This document shows positions 39,923 through 56,400 of a stretch of DNA of 64,000 nt, piece after piece. The DNA comes from Eledone cirrhosa (taxonomy: Eukaryota): assembly GCA_964016885.1 (NCBI GenBank), contig OZ024740.1, positions 315,890,001 through 315,954,000 on the forward strand, written 5' to 3'. The position numbers were made by a program, and so were the translations under genes. The notes under the pieces are model-generated. The model worked only from the letters and a program-made list of their open reading frames with translations, was not told the DNA's origin and did not search any database. Every line of letters starts with the position of its first letter. Positions within the stretch are counted from its first letter, which is position 1.

Positions 39923-40935
39923 TGTTCCTCTTGCCTACATGCGAGAACACGTATCTGCGGAGCTTCCGATTCCAGAGTCAGAAACAAACATTATTCAATT
40001 GTTCCTCGAGTTGATTGGCAGTGAAACTTATGTAATGGCCAGTGTGTGTGTGTGTGTATGTATGTGTATATATGTATATTTAGTTATGTATCTTTATGTG
40101 TGTATATGTATGTATATATATATATATATATATACCCATGTGGAGGTATGAGTACATATTCGTGTGTGTACGTATGTGTATATGTGTTTTTATATGTGTC
40201 TTTATATGTTTTTATGTATGTATGTGGATGTATATGTACATGGGCGTGTGATTGATGGTGTGTGCCTATATAATCCTACATATGCCCGTGTGTGTATGTA
40301 CGTATATACGCACATATGTGTGCGTTGAACAAAGGACTAATTTTGGGATGGACGTAGAAAAATTCTTCAGAAAAAAATAATTGTTTACAAGCTTGGCAGG
40401 TGCGGTTTGCCTATGACCATTTTCGATACAAAGGAATACTAAAAGCTTTTTCCCCTGAATAAAGGAATTTTTCGAGAATGACCGGGGCAGGCCGCGCTTG
40501 CTACATTTCTCCCCGCCCAACCCTACTCACTGTCTCAACTCATTACTGCTATTAACATTTTTTCAACACACCTACACCCCCACACTTATTAAAGGGGGAG
40601 AAAAAATCCTCCACCGCACCACAAACATGTTAAATCCCTATATATAGAACAACACACCACATACACATCACTTTGACAAGCGCACCTCAGCGTGAAAGGT
40701 CTTTCTAAAAACGAAACAATACCTCCTACGTTAACCAAGAACTCCTAAGACCTAACCAACAACCAACGACTCAATTTATAAATTTTTATTTTTTTTTATT
40801 TTTTCTAATCCGGAAAAAAATTCTTTTTGGATTTTGTGAAGAAAATAAATTTGTTGAAAGCAGAAGTGAAGCCATTTTTTTCTTCCCCCCTGTCTTAATA
40901 TAACTAACTGTACCAAGGATTACACACATTTTCCA

Positions 40936-44298
<3,363 letters not shown>

Positions 44299-44431
44299 AT
44301 ACTTTGGGAGGGTCATGTTGCCAATAAGAAACACACGCACCAATTGCTTTCACTTCAATTTATTATTATAATAAATTTATAAATTTCTGGTTGGTTGGTT
44401 GGTTCCACAACCAGATAGTTGTTTATATATT

Positions 44432-44474
44432 GTCATAGTTCTTTCGTCACACACTCTGTGACCTCTTCAGTGAC
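44432..44474 (-). ncRNA. Minimal hammerhead motif in the Penelope pLTR (second copy 48461-48503)
   Basis: GUCA CUGAAGA g GUCACA-gagug-UGUGAC GAAA GAAC UA UGAC; one extra G before stem II; vestigial stem III. Confidence 0.7.
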
Positions 44475-44651
44475 TGGGGATTCCTTTCTTTGTTTCTGTG
44501 CCTCTCCTTTGTTCTGTCCTACGCCATTTTGTTTCTGTGTGTGTGTTGTGTGCTCAGTCTGCGCATGCGCCACATCCGGGTGTCTTTATGTTCATTTACA
44601 TGTTACTGGTTGGTTGTTTGTTCTATGTGTGTGTATGTTTTCATTTTGTCC

Positions 44652-47600
44652 TTAATTGTAAGTTGTGATGTTGCTGTTCCACTCATATTTTCTATTTAAT
44701 TTTGGTTGTAATTCTTTTATGTTTATTGCCTCTGTAATTTGTCTAAACATTGCGTCTTTTCTGTGTGTAGATTCTATTTTTATTTCTATGTTCTCTAATT
44801 TACCCTTGTGTTCTATTTTAGCATGTTGGTAGAGTACAGATGATTCTTTACTATCTTGAAGGTCTCGTCAGTGTTCATTTATCCGTTCCCCTACACTACG
44901 AGCTGTCTCACCTATGTACACTATATTTTTGTCTCTACATTGTCCTTCAGTACATCTTATGCTATACACTACATTTCTAGTTTTACAGTTAATATGGGGG
45001 CTTATTTTACAGGTTATACATTTCTTATCTATACATGAGAGTCTTTGAAAAGGGTATGTCTTGCTAATAAGTGTTTTTACTGAGGTACCTGGTCTTTCTA
45101 CTATCTTAATATTGAGTTTATGTTTATTTAGGGCCCTTCTAAATTTGTAAGCTAATTCACCTCTAGGGGTTGTATCGATGAACATTACACTTTGGTATTT
45201 ATTGCTATCATACCATGAGTTTATTCTATTAGCCTTGTTCCTAGTTCTTTCTATTCTATTCCAAAATTTGCTCCTATACAAGGGGCAGGTCCCATTTATG
45301 TCATTATTTACCATTTTTTCCCATTTGGTTCTGGCTCCTCTATACACTCTGATTTTATCTCTCTGATTGTAGCCAGAGAACTGCATACGGTGGATGAAGT
45401 GTTGTATGTGTCTCTCTAGTTCTTCGGGGTTGCACATGCGGGACACGTTTCTCATCACCCGTACCAAATCCGCAATCAGTATGTTGATTTTGGTATGGTC
45501 CGAAACGGCCGAGTTTCGGTGGATCAGATGTTTGGAAGTCATGGGTTTGGCATAATGGGAATGGAGGATTTGTTTTTTGTTATTAATGGTATCTAACCAG
45601 AGCTCTGTGTCTAGTACAGGTAATCGATTGTTGGGGTGTTTACTTGGGTAGTCTATAGTAACTCTAATGCTCTGGTGGATGGAGTTAGCTATTTGCTGGA
45701 TGCTTTCCATTGTGTTTTTCTCTAGTTCCTGACTGTTCTCTAGTGGGGGTGTCTTAACTACGATGTTTATATCATCAACGTAGCGGCAGTACATTATCAG
45801 GGTTAAGGGGTCTTCTAATTGTTCTTTAAGCTTAAGTTTAAGTCTACTGTCCCACCATACCATGAATAAGTTAGCTATGTCGCCTGCAATGCTAACACCA
45901 ATGGCTGCTCCTTCCTCTTGGGCATATGTTTTTCCATTAAATTTGAACATATGTTCCTTAAGGGTTAGTTTTATGCTGGCCCCTACCGTATGTGCAATCA
46001 TTTTCTTCAGTTCATCGTGGTTTTCGGGTGTCCGTATGGCTCTGGTCCACCCGTTCCATCTATCTGTGTGGGTTTTCTTGGCCATTGAGGTAATGGTAGG
46101 TGGTCTGCCTCTTGCTGGTCTTGTAGGGCACAGGTTGCTAAGGTCATATGTGTCTAGGTAATTATTACTATAGGTAAGTTTAAGTAGGAGTCCCAGCTCA
46201 CTGGTATCAATCCCACGAAACTCAACATTGCTCTCACTGATCATTTCTACGCATTTCTCCACAGCAAAATCCACGTCAATAGATGGATACAGGGACACAA
46301 CATCCATACTACCTATTATGCAGTTTGTTAGGTCCCTAGACCGGTTACTCACGCCGATTCTGCTGAGGAGGTCCTCCGTGCTGTCACATACATCTGGGGA
46401 CATTTCGATGATGGGGCGTATGATCAGGGAGAGGAAGTAGGACAGTCTGTAGTTACTAGCAATGTTAGCTCCACAGACTGGCCGTGTTGGTGGTCCCGCG
46501 ACAGGGTCACTGCTCGTTTTATGGTCTTTTCGAAGCCCATACAACGCCGGCACGTCATTGTTCCAGGCCTGGAAGTTGTTGGCAGTCCTTTTGTTGGGCT
46601 GCATTATATTCGTCCACATCACCATATGGGCATTGAGGGCTTTTTCTCTATCCTCATGCTCCTGTGGTGTTACCTCTCTTGTGTTAGTGATGTGGGGTTG
46701 CATTGCCTGGATGTAGTTTGGCAGGCTGTCAACCGACATTCTGCCAGACTTGTCTGTTGGAAAGCATGCTATCTCTCCATTACGCGAGCGCTGCATGAGC
46801 TTACGCAAGCCATTTGCAGATTTTTCTCCCAGTTGCTGGGCCTCCATTCTATTATGCTTCTTGCTATACTGTTCTATAATATTTCTAAGTTCGGATCTAG
46901 CTATACTAAATTGTGCTTCTGTTTGTTCATCGACCTGCGACGGCAATTGCGTGCGTTTGTTAAATGGTAAAGTCGTGGCGTGGACTCGTCGCAGGTCGAA
47001 CGATTTATCGGAGGGATTATAAAAACTAGAGTTCCAGGCTGCTGCTTTATGTGTACTAGTGCTATTGTTATTGTTAGTTGTGTTGTTTCTATTTCTATTT
47101 CCACCAACAGCCTCATGGTTGTTTCTATGTCTCTCATAATTACTCCTGTCTCTTTCCACTGGCTCATTGTTGTTATCTACCCTATTTTGTGTGTCTGTGT
47201 GTTCGTCTTGGTTATTTTCTTTGTCCTTAGTCTCCCTTCTCCTTTTAATCCTATTACTTTCCCTTATTTCTGTGATTTCTGTGCTACTGTTATTACTTGT
47301 TTTCTGTGTCTGTGTTTGTTAAGATTGTGGTGGTGGTGAGAGGCATTGAATGTGTGTGTGTTGTTGTTGTTGATGTGTGCTGTTGTTGATGTGTGTTGTT
47401 GTTGTCTCCGTGTGTGTTATTATTGTTGTGTGTGTTGTTATTGTTGTTTGTGTCTGCGTGTCTGTTGTTGTTGTTTCTGGGTATGTTATTGTTGTTGTTG
47501 TTGTTGGTGTGTGTGTTGTTGTTATTGTTGTTTGTGGCTGTGTGTCTGTTGTTGTTGGGATGTGTGTTGTATATGTGTGTGCGTATATTGTTGCTTTTGT

Positions 47601-48378
47601 TTTTGTTTTTGTTTTTGAGGCTCCAGCGTAGTTTTGTAAATGATTTTTCTATTTCTGACAGACAACTAATCATATTTACCTTCTTGAATGTCGCATACTT
47701 AGGTGGAAGTTGTAATGCAGATAATTCATCGTCATCGATTATTGTGTTGCCGTATATATTTGTGTTGTTGTTGAACTCATCTGTTAATGAGGTGTCGACC
47801 ATATTTATACCGTCAGTTTTGTCGGGATATCTATTGGTATTCTCTATAGTATCCTGATTTAGCTTTATCTGCTTAAGCCACTTTAGTTTCTTGTTAAAGT
47901 ACTTATCACATTCTTGAGTATTGTACTGTTCTTCAGGACGTATAAGGCTTATAAATATTAGTTTCTCTCTTGGTGTGGTGATCCTAGCTATTTCTTGTAT
48001 TAGGTTACGCTTATGTTTTTCTTGATGACTTAATTCTCTATAGATCTTCTTTTTTATGTTTAGAATTAGTGTTCGTTTTAGCCTATCTGCTTGTTTTTTG
48101 GTGAGTTGTATTCTTCTTACGTCGGTGTTGATGGTGTTGGTGTAAACTCGGAACGAGGCACATTCTTTTATGAAGTGTAGTTGTCGAGATGTTATGGTTT
48201 TTCGTAGACAACAGAACATGGTGGTTTTCAGTATCTTGTTAGCTTGGCTAAGGCTTACGATATTTCGTTTCTGAATTTGTTTAGCAAGATTCTTTATCTG
48301 AAATCGTGTGTTGAAACCGATATTGTTATACTTTGGGAGGGTCATGTTGCCAATAAGAAACACACGCACCAGTTGCAT
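44652..48378 (-). pseudogene. Penelope-like RT / GIY-YIG polyprotein with one frameshift and one in-frame TGA
   Basis: N-terminal ORF 47293-48378 (LQLPPKY...EIEKSFTKLRW). ORF 44868-47159 has TDKSG, LYGLRKDHK, PTRPV, SMDVVSLYPSI, QEEGAAIG, RYVDD, LPVLD, a Cys linker and VVY...YIGET.R...R..EH. The frame continues past the TGA (44868-44870) through EAINIKELQPKLNRKYEW to TAA at 44652. Confidence 0.92.
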
Positions 48379-49041
48379 TCACTTCAATTTATTATCATAA
48401 TAAATTTATAAATTTCTGGTTGGTTGGTTGGTTTCACAACCAGATAGTTGTTTATATATTGTCATAGTTCTTTCGTCACACACTCTGTGACCTCTTCAGT
48501 GACTGGGGATTCCTTTCTTTGTTTCTGTGCCTCTCCTTTGTTCTGTCCTACGCCATTTTGTTTCTGTGTGTGTGTTGTGTGCTCAGAAAGGAATCCCCAG
48601 TCACTGAAGAGGTCACATATGTATACATATATATATATATATATGTATACATATATATATATATATATGTATACATATATATATGTATATATATATATGT
48701 ATACATATATATATGTATATATATATATATGTATACATATATATATATATATATGTATACATATATATATATTTATGTATACATATATATATATATATAT
48801 GTATACATATATATATATATATGTATACATATATATATATATATGTATACATATATATATATATGTATACATATATATATATGTATACATATATATATAT
48901 ATATGTATACATATATATATATGTATACATATATATATATGTATACATATATATGTATACATATATATATGTATACATATATATATGTATACATATATAT
49001 ATATATATGTATACATATATATATATATATATATGTATACA

Positions 49042-49074
<33 letters not shown>

Positions 49075-49102
49075 GTATACATATATATATATATATGTAT
49101 AC

Positions 49103-49138
<36 letters not shown>

Positions 49139-49144
49139 GTATAC

Positions 49145-49176
<32 letters not shown>

Positions 49177-49245
49177 GTATACATATATATATATATATAT
49201 GTATACATATATAATAAATATATATGTATACATATATAATAAATA

Positions 49246-49282
<37 letters not shown>

Positions 49283-49292
49283 ACATATATAT

Positions 49293-49327
<35 letters not shown>

Positions 49328-49495
49328 CATATATATATACATATATACATATATATATACATATATATATACACATATATATATATATATATATATACAG
49401 GTAAAGGGGATGCTTTGGAGAGGAGCAATTATAGGGGTATAAAACTGATTGATCAGGTTATGAAAGTGGCAGAAAGGATTTTAGCACAACTAATT

Positions 49496-49585
<90 letters not shown>

Positions 49586-49607
49586 ACATATATATATATA
49601 TGTATAC

Positions 49608-49653
<46 letters not shown>

Positions 49654-49787
49654 GTAGATAAATCTACCAAGAGTTTACGGTAGTGTCCAATCCGTATGAA
49701 GAACTCAATGTATTCCGGATATCATGGAAAGAAGAGATGTAATGAAAATCCAATTTCGGTGAAAGATAAACGGTATACAGAGTCAAG

Positions 49788-50204
49788 ATAAAATATTAAA
49801 CAAATAATGAACAAACAATTCCTTATATTAAACAAAAAAAATTCACTATTTAACGATCGTTTCTAGGGTATATATGTGTTATAATTGGTATGCATATTTA
49901 ACAGATCTATGTACAAAATTATACAAAATTATACAAATTATCAAGATTAAATATACATACCTAACTCATATATACGCCGTCTTCAGAAATTATTTCAGAA
50001 ATTATTTCTGAAGACGGCGTATATATGAGTTAGGTATGTATATTTAATCTTGATAATTTGTATAATTTTGTATAATTTTGTACATAGATCTGTTAAATAT
50101 GCATACCAATTATAACACATATATACCCTAGAAACGATCGTTAAATAGTGAAATTTTTTTTGTTTAATATAAGGAAGTTTGTTCATTATTTGTTTAATAT
50201 TTTA

Positions 50205-50205
<1 letters not shown>
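49788..50205. mobile_element. Near-perfect palindrome (about 200-bp arms) carrying a hammerhead on each arm
   Basis: Arms are reverse complements meeting near 49995. Confidence 0.85.
50001..50149 (+). ncRNA. Type I hammerhead with a greatly extended stem II (mirror copy 49845-49993 on -)
   Basis: AUUAUUU CUGAAGA cggcguauauau...auauauacccua GAAA CGAUCG UU AAAUAGU; 7-bp stem I, palindromic stem III, GUU site. Confidence 0.72.
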
Positions 50206-50301
<96 letters not shown>

Positions 50302-50307
50302 GTATAC

Positions 50308-50362
<55 letters not shown>

Positions 50363-50371
50363 TATGTATAC

Positions 50372-50406
<35 letters not shown>

Positions 50407-50570
50407 TATGTATACATATATATATATATGTATACATATATAATAAATATATATGTATATATATATATGTATACATATATAATAAATATATATGTATATA
50501 TATATATATATGTATACATATATAATAAATATATATGTATATATATATATGTATACATATATAATAAATA

Positions 50571-50632
<62 letters not shown>

Positions 50633-50653
50633 CATATATACATATATATATAC

Positions 50654-50690
<37 letters not shown>

Positions 50691-50691
<1 letters not shown>

Positions 50692-52183
50692 AGGTAAAGA
50701 GGATGCTTTGGAGAGGAGCAATTATAGGGGTATAAAACTGATTGATCAGGTTATGAAAGTGGCAGAAAGGATTTTAGCACAACTAATTAGAGAAAGGGTC
50801 AAACTAGATGAGATGCAGTTTGGTTTTGTGCCTGGGAAGAGTACAACAGATGCCCTCTTCTTGGTGAGACAATTGCAAGAGGGGTTCTTAGAGAAGAATA
50901 AGCCACTATACTTAGCCTTTGTTGACCTAGAGAAGGCCTTTGATAGGGTACCCCGATCTGTCATCTGGTAGTCCCTAAGGAAACTAGGTGTTGAGGAATG
51001 GCTTGTGAGGACAGTGCAAACTTTGTACAGAGGTACTCTCAGTAAAGTCAGTGTAGGAATGGAGTTTAGTGAGGAATTCCAGATACAAGTAGGAGTACGT
51101 CAGGGTTCGGTCCTCAGCCCGCTCTTGTTCATTATAGTCCTCCAAGCCATAACAGAGGAGTTTAAGACTGGCTCTCCATGGGAACTTCTCTATGCTGACG
51201 ATCTGGTTCTTATAGCAGAATCAGTAGAGGAGCTAGAGAATAAATTCTGGCTATGGAAACAGCAGTTGGAAGCAAGAGGACTGAGAGTGAATCTAGCTAA
51301 GACAAAAGTGTTGATGAGTAGAAAAGAGGACAAAACCCTGATTCCCTCAGGGAAATGGCCATGTTCGATATGCAGAAAAGGAACTGGCATAAATTCTATA
51401 AAATGCACACAATGCAGATCCTGGGTACACAAGAGATGTAGCGGGATAGCAGGCAAACTAACAGGTAGGGAGAAATATGTATGCAGTAGATGTACAGGGA
51501 AATTAGACAGTAGAAGTCGCACTGAGAGACACGTTTTTCAAATGCAAGAGGGCGCTATAGAAGTAGTGGATAGCTTCCGGTACCTAGGAGATCAGATTAG
51601 CATGGGAGGAGGGTGTTCCGAAGCCATAGTATCTAGAATAAGGATGGGTTGGAAGAAGTTTAGGGAGCTGCTTCCTCTGTTGACGAACAAGGGTTTCTCC
51701 CTGCGTACGAAAGGCCGGTTGTATGATGCCTGTGTGAGGAGTGCGATGCTGCATGGTAGTGAGACATGGGCAGCAACTGCAGAGGATATGCGACGGCTGG
51801 AGAGAAATGAGGCAAGCATCCTCTGTTGGATGTACAGTGTAAATGTGCGTGAACGACCAAGCATAAATGTGTTGAGAGAGAAACTGTGTCTGAGAGGGAT
51901 AGAATGTAGTGTATGGGAGAGGAGACTGAGGTGGTATGGACATGTGATGCGCATGGAGGATGACCGATGGGTGAAGAAGTGCCAGGAATTGCCAGTTGAA
52001 GGAAGACGTGGTAGAGGTAGACCACGAAAAACATGGGCGGAGGTGGTGAGAACAGACCTCAGATCATTGAAGCTCACGGTGGAGATGACGAGGGACCGTG
52101 ACGAGTGGAGAGATGCTGTGTGGAATAAGACCCGTCCCACCCTTGCAAGCAGGGAAAAGCGGACGTAAAATGATGATGATGAT
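50691..52183 (+). mobile_element. 5'-truncated RTE LINE, family B (RT with one stop at 50969-50971)
   Basis: [46 protein letters not shown]; (gat)n tail. Confidence 0.95.
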
Positions 52184-52195
52184 ATATACATATAT

Positions 52196-52783
52196 ATTAT
52201 TTACAGGGAATAACGATGGCCTATGCCTCCGTTAATTTATCGTGATATTTCGCTCCTAACAACAGCCTTTCCTATCTCTGTTTGGTTGAGCACTCTTCTC
52301 TGAGTGGCTTTGGGTTGCCATTTCTAGCAGTTCGTCTCTCAGAGGCTACTGGTTCACTGCCCTTAAACACGCTGTGACTTCTCTCTCCCATGTGTTGCTG
52401 GACAGTCAATTGTAAAATTCTCTTAGTGTTGTCTGAAATGTATAGCCTTACACACGCTGATGAACCGAGACTACCATTTTTTTCAACAAATTTTCTGGTG
52501 AAACATATCTTTGGATTTGTACGTGTGTTATATAGTTATAGAGGTATTTATTTACGCTTTAATTTATATTTTTAATTATCGTGTCTATAGTCTGCCTTTC
52601 ATAGGTTATAGATTCCATACACTGGTGGTTTTTTCCCTGTATTATTGATAACGCACTATATATCTCTCTCTGGTGTGTTACCTTCTCAACATATTATATT
52701 CTAAAGGGCTCAGGATCTCTTCCCCTTTGAGCACATTATTTACAGGGAATAACGACGGCCTATGCCTCCGTTAATTTATTGTG

Positions 52784-52787
<4 letters not shown>
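52196..52787 (+). mobile_element. 539-bp hammerhead-containing monomer with about 50-bp terminal direct repeat (retrozyme-like)
   Basis: attatttacagggaataacga(t/c)ggcctatgcctccgttaatttat(c/t)gtgatat at 52196 and 52735; hammerhead inside; (TA)n flanks. Confidence 0.8.
52451..52527 (+). ncRNA. Type I hammerhead ribozyme with a full stem III
   Basis: CACACG CUGAUGA ACC...GGU GAAA CAUAUCU-uu-GGAUUUG UA CGUGUG; GUA site. Confidence 0.85.
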
Positions 52788-52821
<34 letters not shown>

Positions 52822-53088
52822 CTATATATATACATATATATATATACATATATATATATACACATATACATTATATAGATATATATATATATACATATAT
52901 ATATATACATATATATATATATACATATATATATATACATATATATACATATATATATATACATATATATATATATACATATATATATATACATATATAT
53001 ATGTACATATATATACATATATATATATACATATATATATATATACATATATATATATACATATATATATATACATATATATATGTAC

Positions 53089-53139
<51 letters not shown>

Positions 53140-53208
53140 CATATATATATATACATATATATATATACATATATATATATACATATATATATATACATAT
53201 ATATATAC

Positions 53209-53297
<89 letters not shown>

Positions 53298-53300
53298 CAC

Positions 53301-53399
<99 letters not shown>

Positions 53400-53411
53400 C
53401 ATATATATATA

Positions 53412-56400
53412 TCATCATCATCATCAACGTTTAACGTCCGTGTTCCACGCTTGCATGGGTTTGGACGGGGGTATTCCCACTTGAGGCAAGAGTGATTGTC
53501 TTGCTCGCATAGGACTGTCTGGCAGGTTTTCTACAGTTGGATGCCCTTCCTAACACCAACCACATTTACAGTGTGGGTCTGGGAGGTTTTTACCGTGTTG
53601 CCTACACGGCCACATTACAGCGTGGACTGTGTGTTCTTTTGTCGTGACACCTACACGATCTCATTTGTTTCGGCCTGGATGGCGTGGCACCAACATAACT
53701 TTACATAGAAGGGGGTGGTGTGGATGGGGGGGGGGGTGTATTTTATTAGAGATGCCTACTGGCTGTAGTAGGTTTTACTATGTATTTAGGTAAGGCGGGT
53801 CTTCTCTGTTACTGAGTACCGCCAAAGGTCTCGGTCCAGTGACATTGTCTTGGAGAGGTGTAAGTGTATGAGGTCGGAGTTTATCAGCTCGTCCCAGGTT
53901 TTTCTAGGTATTCCTATTCCGTGGCTACCGTCTATCTTTATTGCCTTGCACTTTGTTATACAGCTATCGACTTTCATGCGCATCACGTGTCCATACCAAC
54001 GTAGCCTTCTCTCGAGTAAACAACATCTGATCCCTCTTATTTCTAATTTTTTCCTTAGTTCGTTTATGCTTTGCCGTTCACGTATATTACTGTTACACAT
54101 CCAGCGGAGCATGCAAGCTTCGTTCCTCTCTAGTCTGCGTATATCCTCTGCACACAATGCCCAGGTCTCACTGCCATGCAACATTGCTGTTCGTATGCAG
54201 GCATCATACAACCTGCCTTTCACTTTTAGGGAGAACCCTTTAGCGGCTAATAGTGGTATAAGCTCTCTGAACTTTTTCCATCCAGTTCTGACTCTAGCTA
54301 CTGTACTTTCGGAGCACCCTCCCCCACTGCTGATTTTGTCACCCAGGTAACGGAAGCTGTCCACTATTTCAATAGAACCCTCTGCGCAGTTGAAAGAGCT
54401 AGTATTTTTGGGCACTTGCTGCTACTTATTGCACCAGAGCACCGGCCACATGTAAAATCTGTGTTCTTAGTTAGCTTACCTGTGATCCCACTACATCTTT
54501 TATGCACCCATACTTTGCATTTGGGACATAAAATGGAGTTTCTACCTACGCCTTTCCTACACACTGAGCATGGCCATTTCCCGGAAGGGACCGGCGCCTT
54601 ATTTTCTTTCCTACAAACTAGAACTTTAGTCTTAGCCATGTTAATTTTAAGGCCTTTTGATTCTAGGCCGTGCTTCCATGTTTGGAATTTCTTCTCTAGC
54701 TCGGCCATTGATTCAGCTATGAGCGTTAGGTCATCTGCGTATAGGAGTTCCCATGGGCAGCCGGTCTTGAACTCCTCTGTTATAGCTTGGAGAGCAATAA
54801 TGAATAGTAGGGGGCTAAGAACAGAGCCCTGATGGACACCAACTTTTACGCTAAACTCTTCACTATATTCGTTGTTAATTCTAACCTTGCTCACTGTTTC
54901 TTTATACATGGCTTGTATAGCTCTCACAAGCCATTCGTCAACACCTAGTTTTCTAAGAGCCCACCAGATAATGGAACGGGGGACTCTGTCGGAGGCTTTC
55001 TCCAAGTCGACAAAAGCTAAGTAGAAGGGTTTACCTTTAGCTAGGTACTTCTCCTGTAGTTGTCGTACAATGAAAAGAGCGTCTGTGGTACTTTTGCCTG
55101 ACACAAACCCGAACTGCATTTCATCTAGGTCAATTCTCTCTCTGATTAGTTGCGCTATTACTTTTTCCGTGACCTTCATGACCTGGTCAATTAATTTAAT
55201 GCCTCTATAGTTACTCCTATCTAGGGCATCTCCTTTACCCTTATAATAGTTAACGATGATGCTGCTATGCCAGTCCTTCGGACAACCCCATTCTGTACGA
55301 CTTGGTTAACTATGCGGGTGACCATGGTGTGTCCCACCGTGCCAGATGCCTTCAGCATCTCAGCAACTATTTCCAAAGGTCCAGCCGCCTTACCCGTCTT
55401 CATATCCTTCATTGCCTTACTTATTATACTCCCCTCGACTAACACTGCTGGTCCCTCTATTGGGTCGATGTGGGGGAGACTGTCTTTCTCCCATTTATTC
55501 TCCTCATTTAGTAGCCTTTCATAGTGCCACTTCCAAGCTACCTTCTTATCAGCGTCGGTGATGGCAAATACGCCGTCATCATTAAGTACACACTTCTCCC
55601 CGACAATATCACGGTTTTCCTTGACGCATTGCCTAGCAATCCTGAACACCTCACGTTTTTCGTCCTCGCGTTGTAGAACATGCTTGAACTTTCTTTCCTC
55701 TGCTTCCCTTCTTGCGAAGTACACTTGTCTCCTAGCTTCCCTCCTGGCCACTTGATAGTCTTCTCTACTTCCCCCATCCCGCCATACTTTCCAAGCCTGC
55801 TTTTTGGCCTTAATCGACTCCTCCACCTTACTGTTCCACCACCACGTTACTCTCCTCCTGCCTACAGGCCTGCTCCAGCCACAGACTTCGTCTGTCGCCA
55901 TCAGCAGGTTTGCTTTCAGAAATTCCCACTGTCCCTCTATATTGTCCGACTCTAAATGCTCTTCCTTACCGTCGAAAGCATCAAGTAATATGCTTTGAAA
56001 TTTATTTCTGGCTGTGGGGTCATTTAGTTTCCATATTTTTCTCCTGAGGATAGTCCTCTTCTGCTGTCGAGTACGTCTCGTCCTGACTATGAGGTCGCTA
56101 ATTATCAGTCTATGTTGGGAGGTGCATTCTTCATGGGAGAGGGATTTAGTGTTTACAACAGACACTCTGTCACGTCTTCTGGTAAGGATATAATCTACCT
56201 GGCTTGTGTGTTCCCCGGATCTATAGGTGATCAGGTGATTGTCACGTTTTTTGAAGTTAGTGTTACAGATAGTTAGGTTATTTGCGTCACAGAATTCCAG
56301 GATTCTGGAGCCTTCCTCATTTCTAGTACCAAACCCATAGCCTCCATGGATTTCGTCGTAGCCGTCACAATGTTGTCCAACGTAACCATTTAGGTCACCT

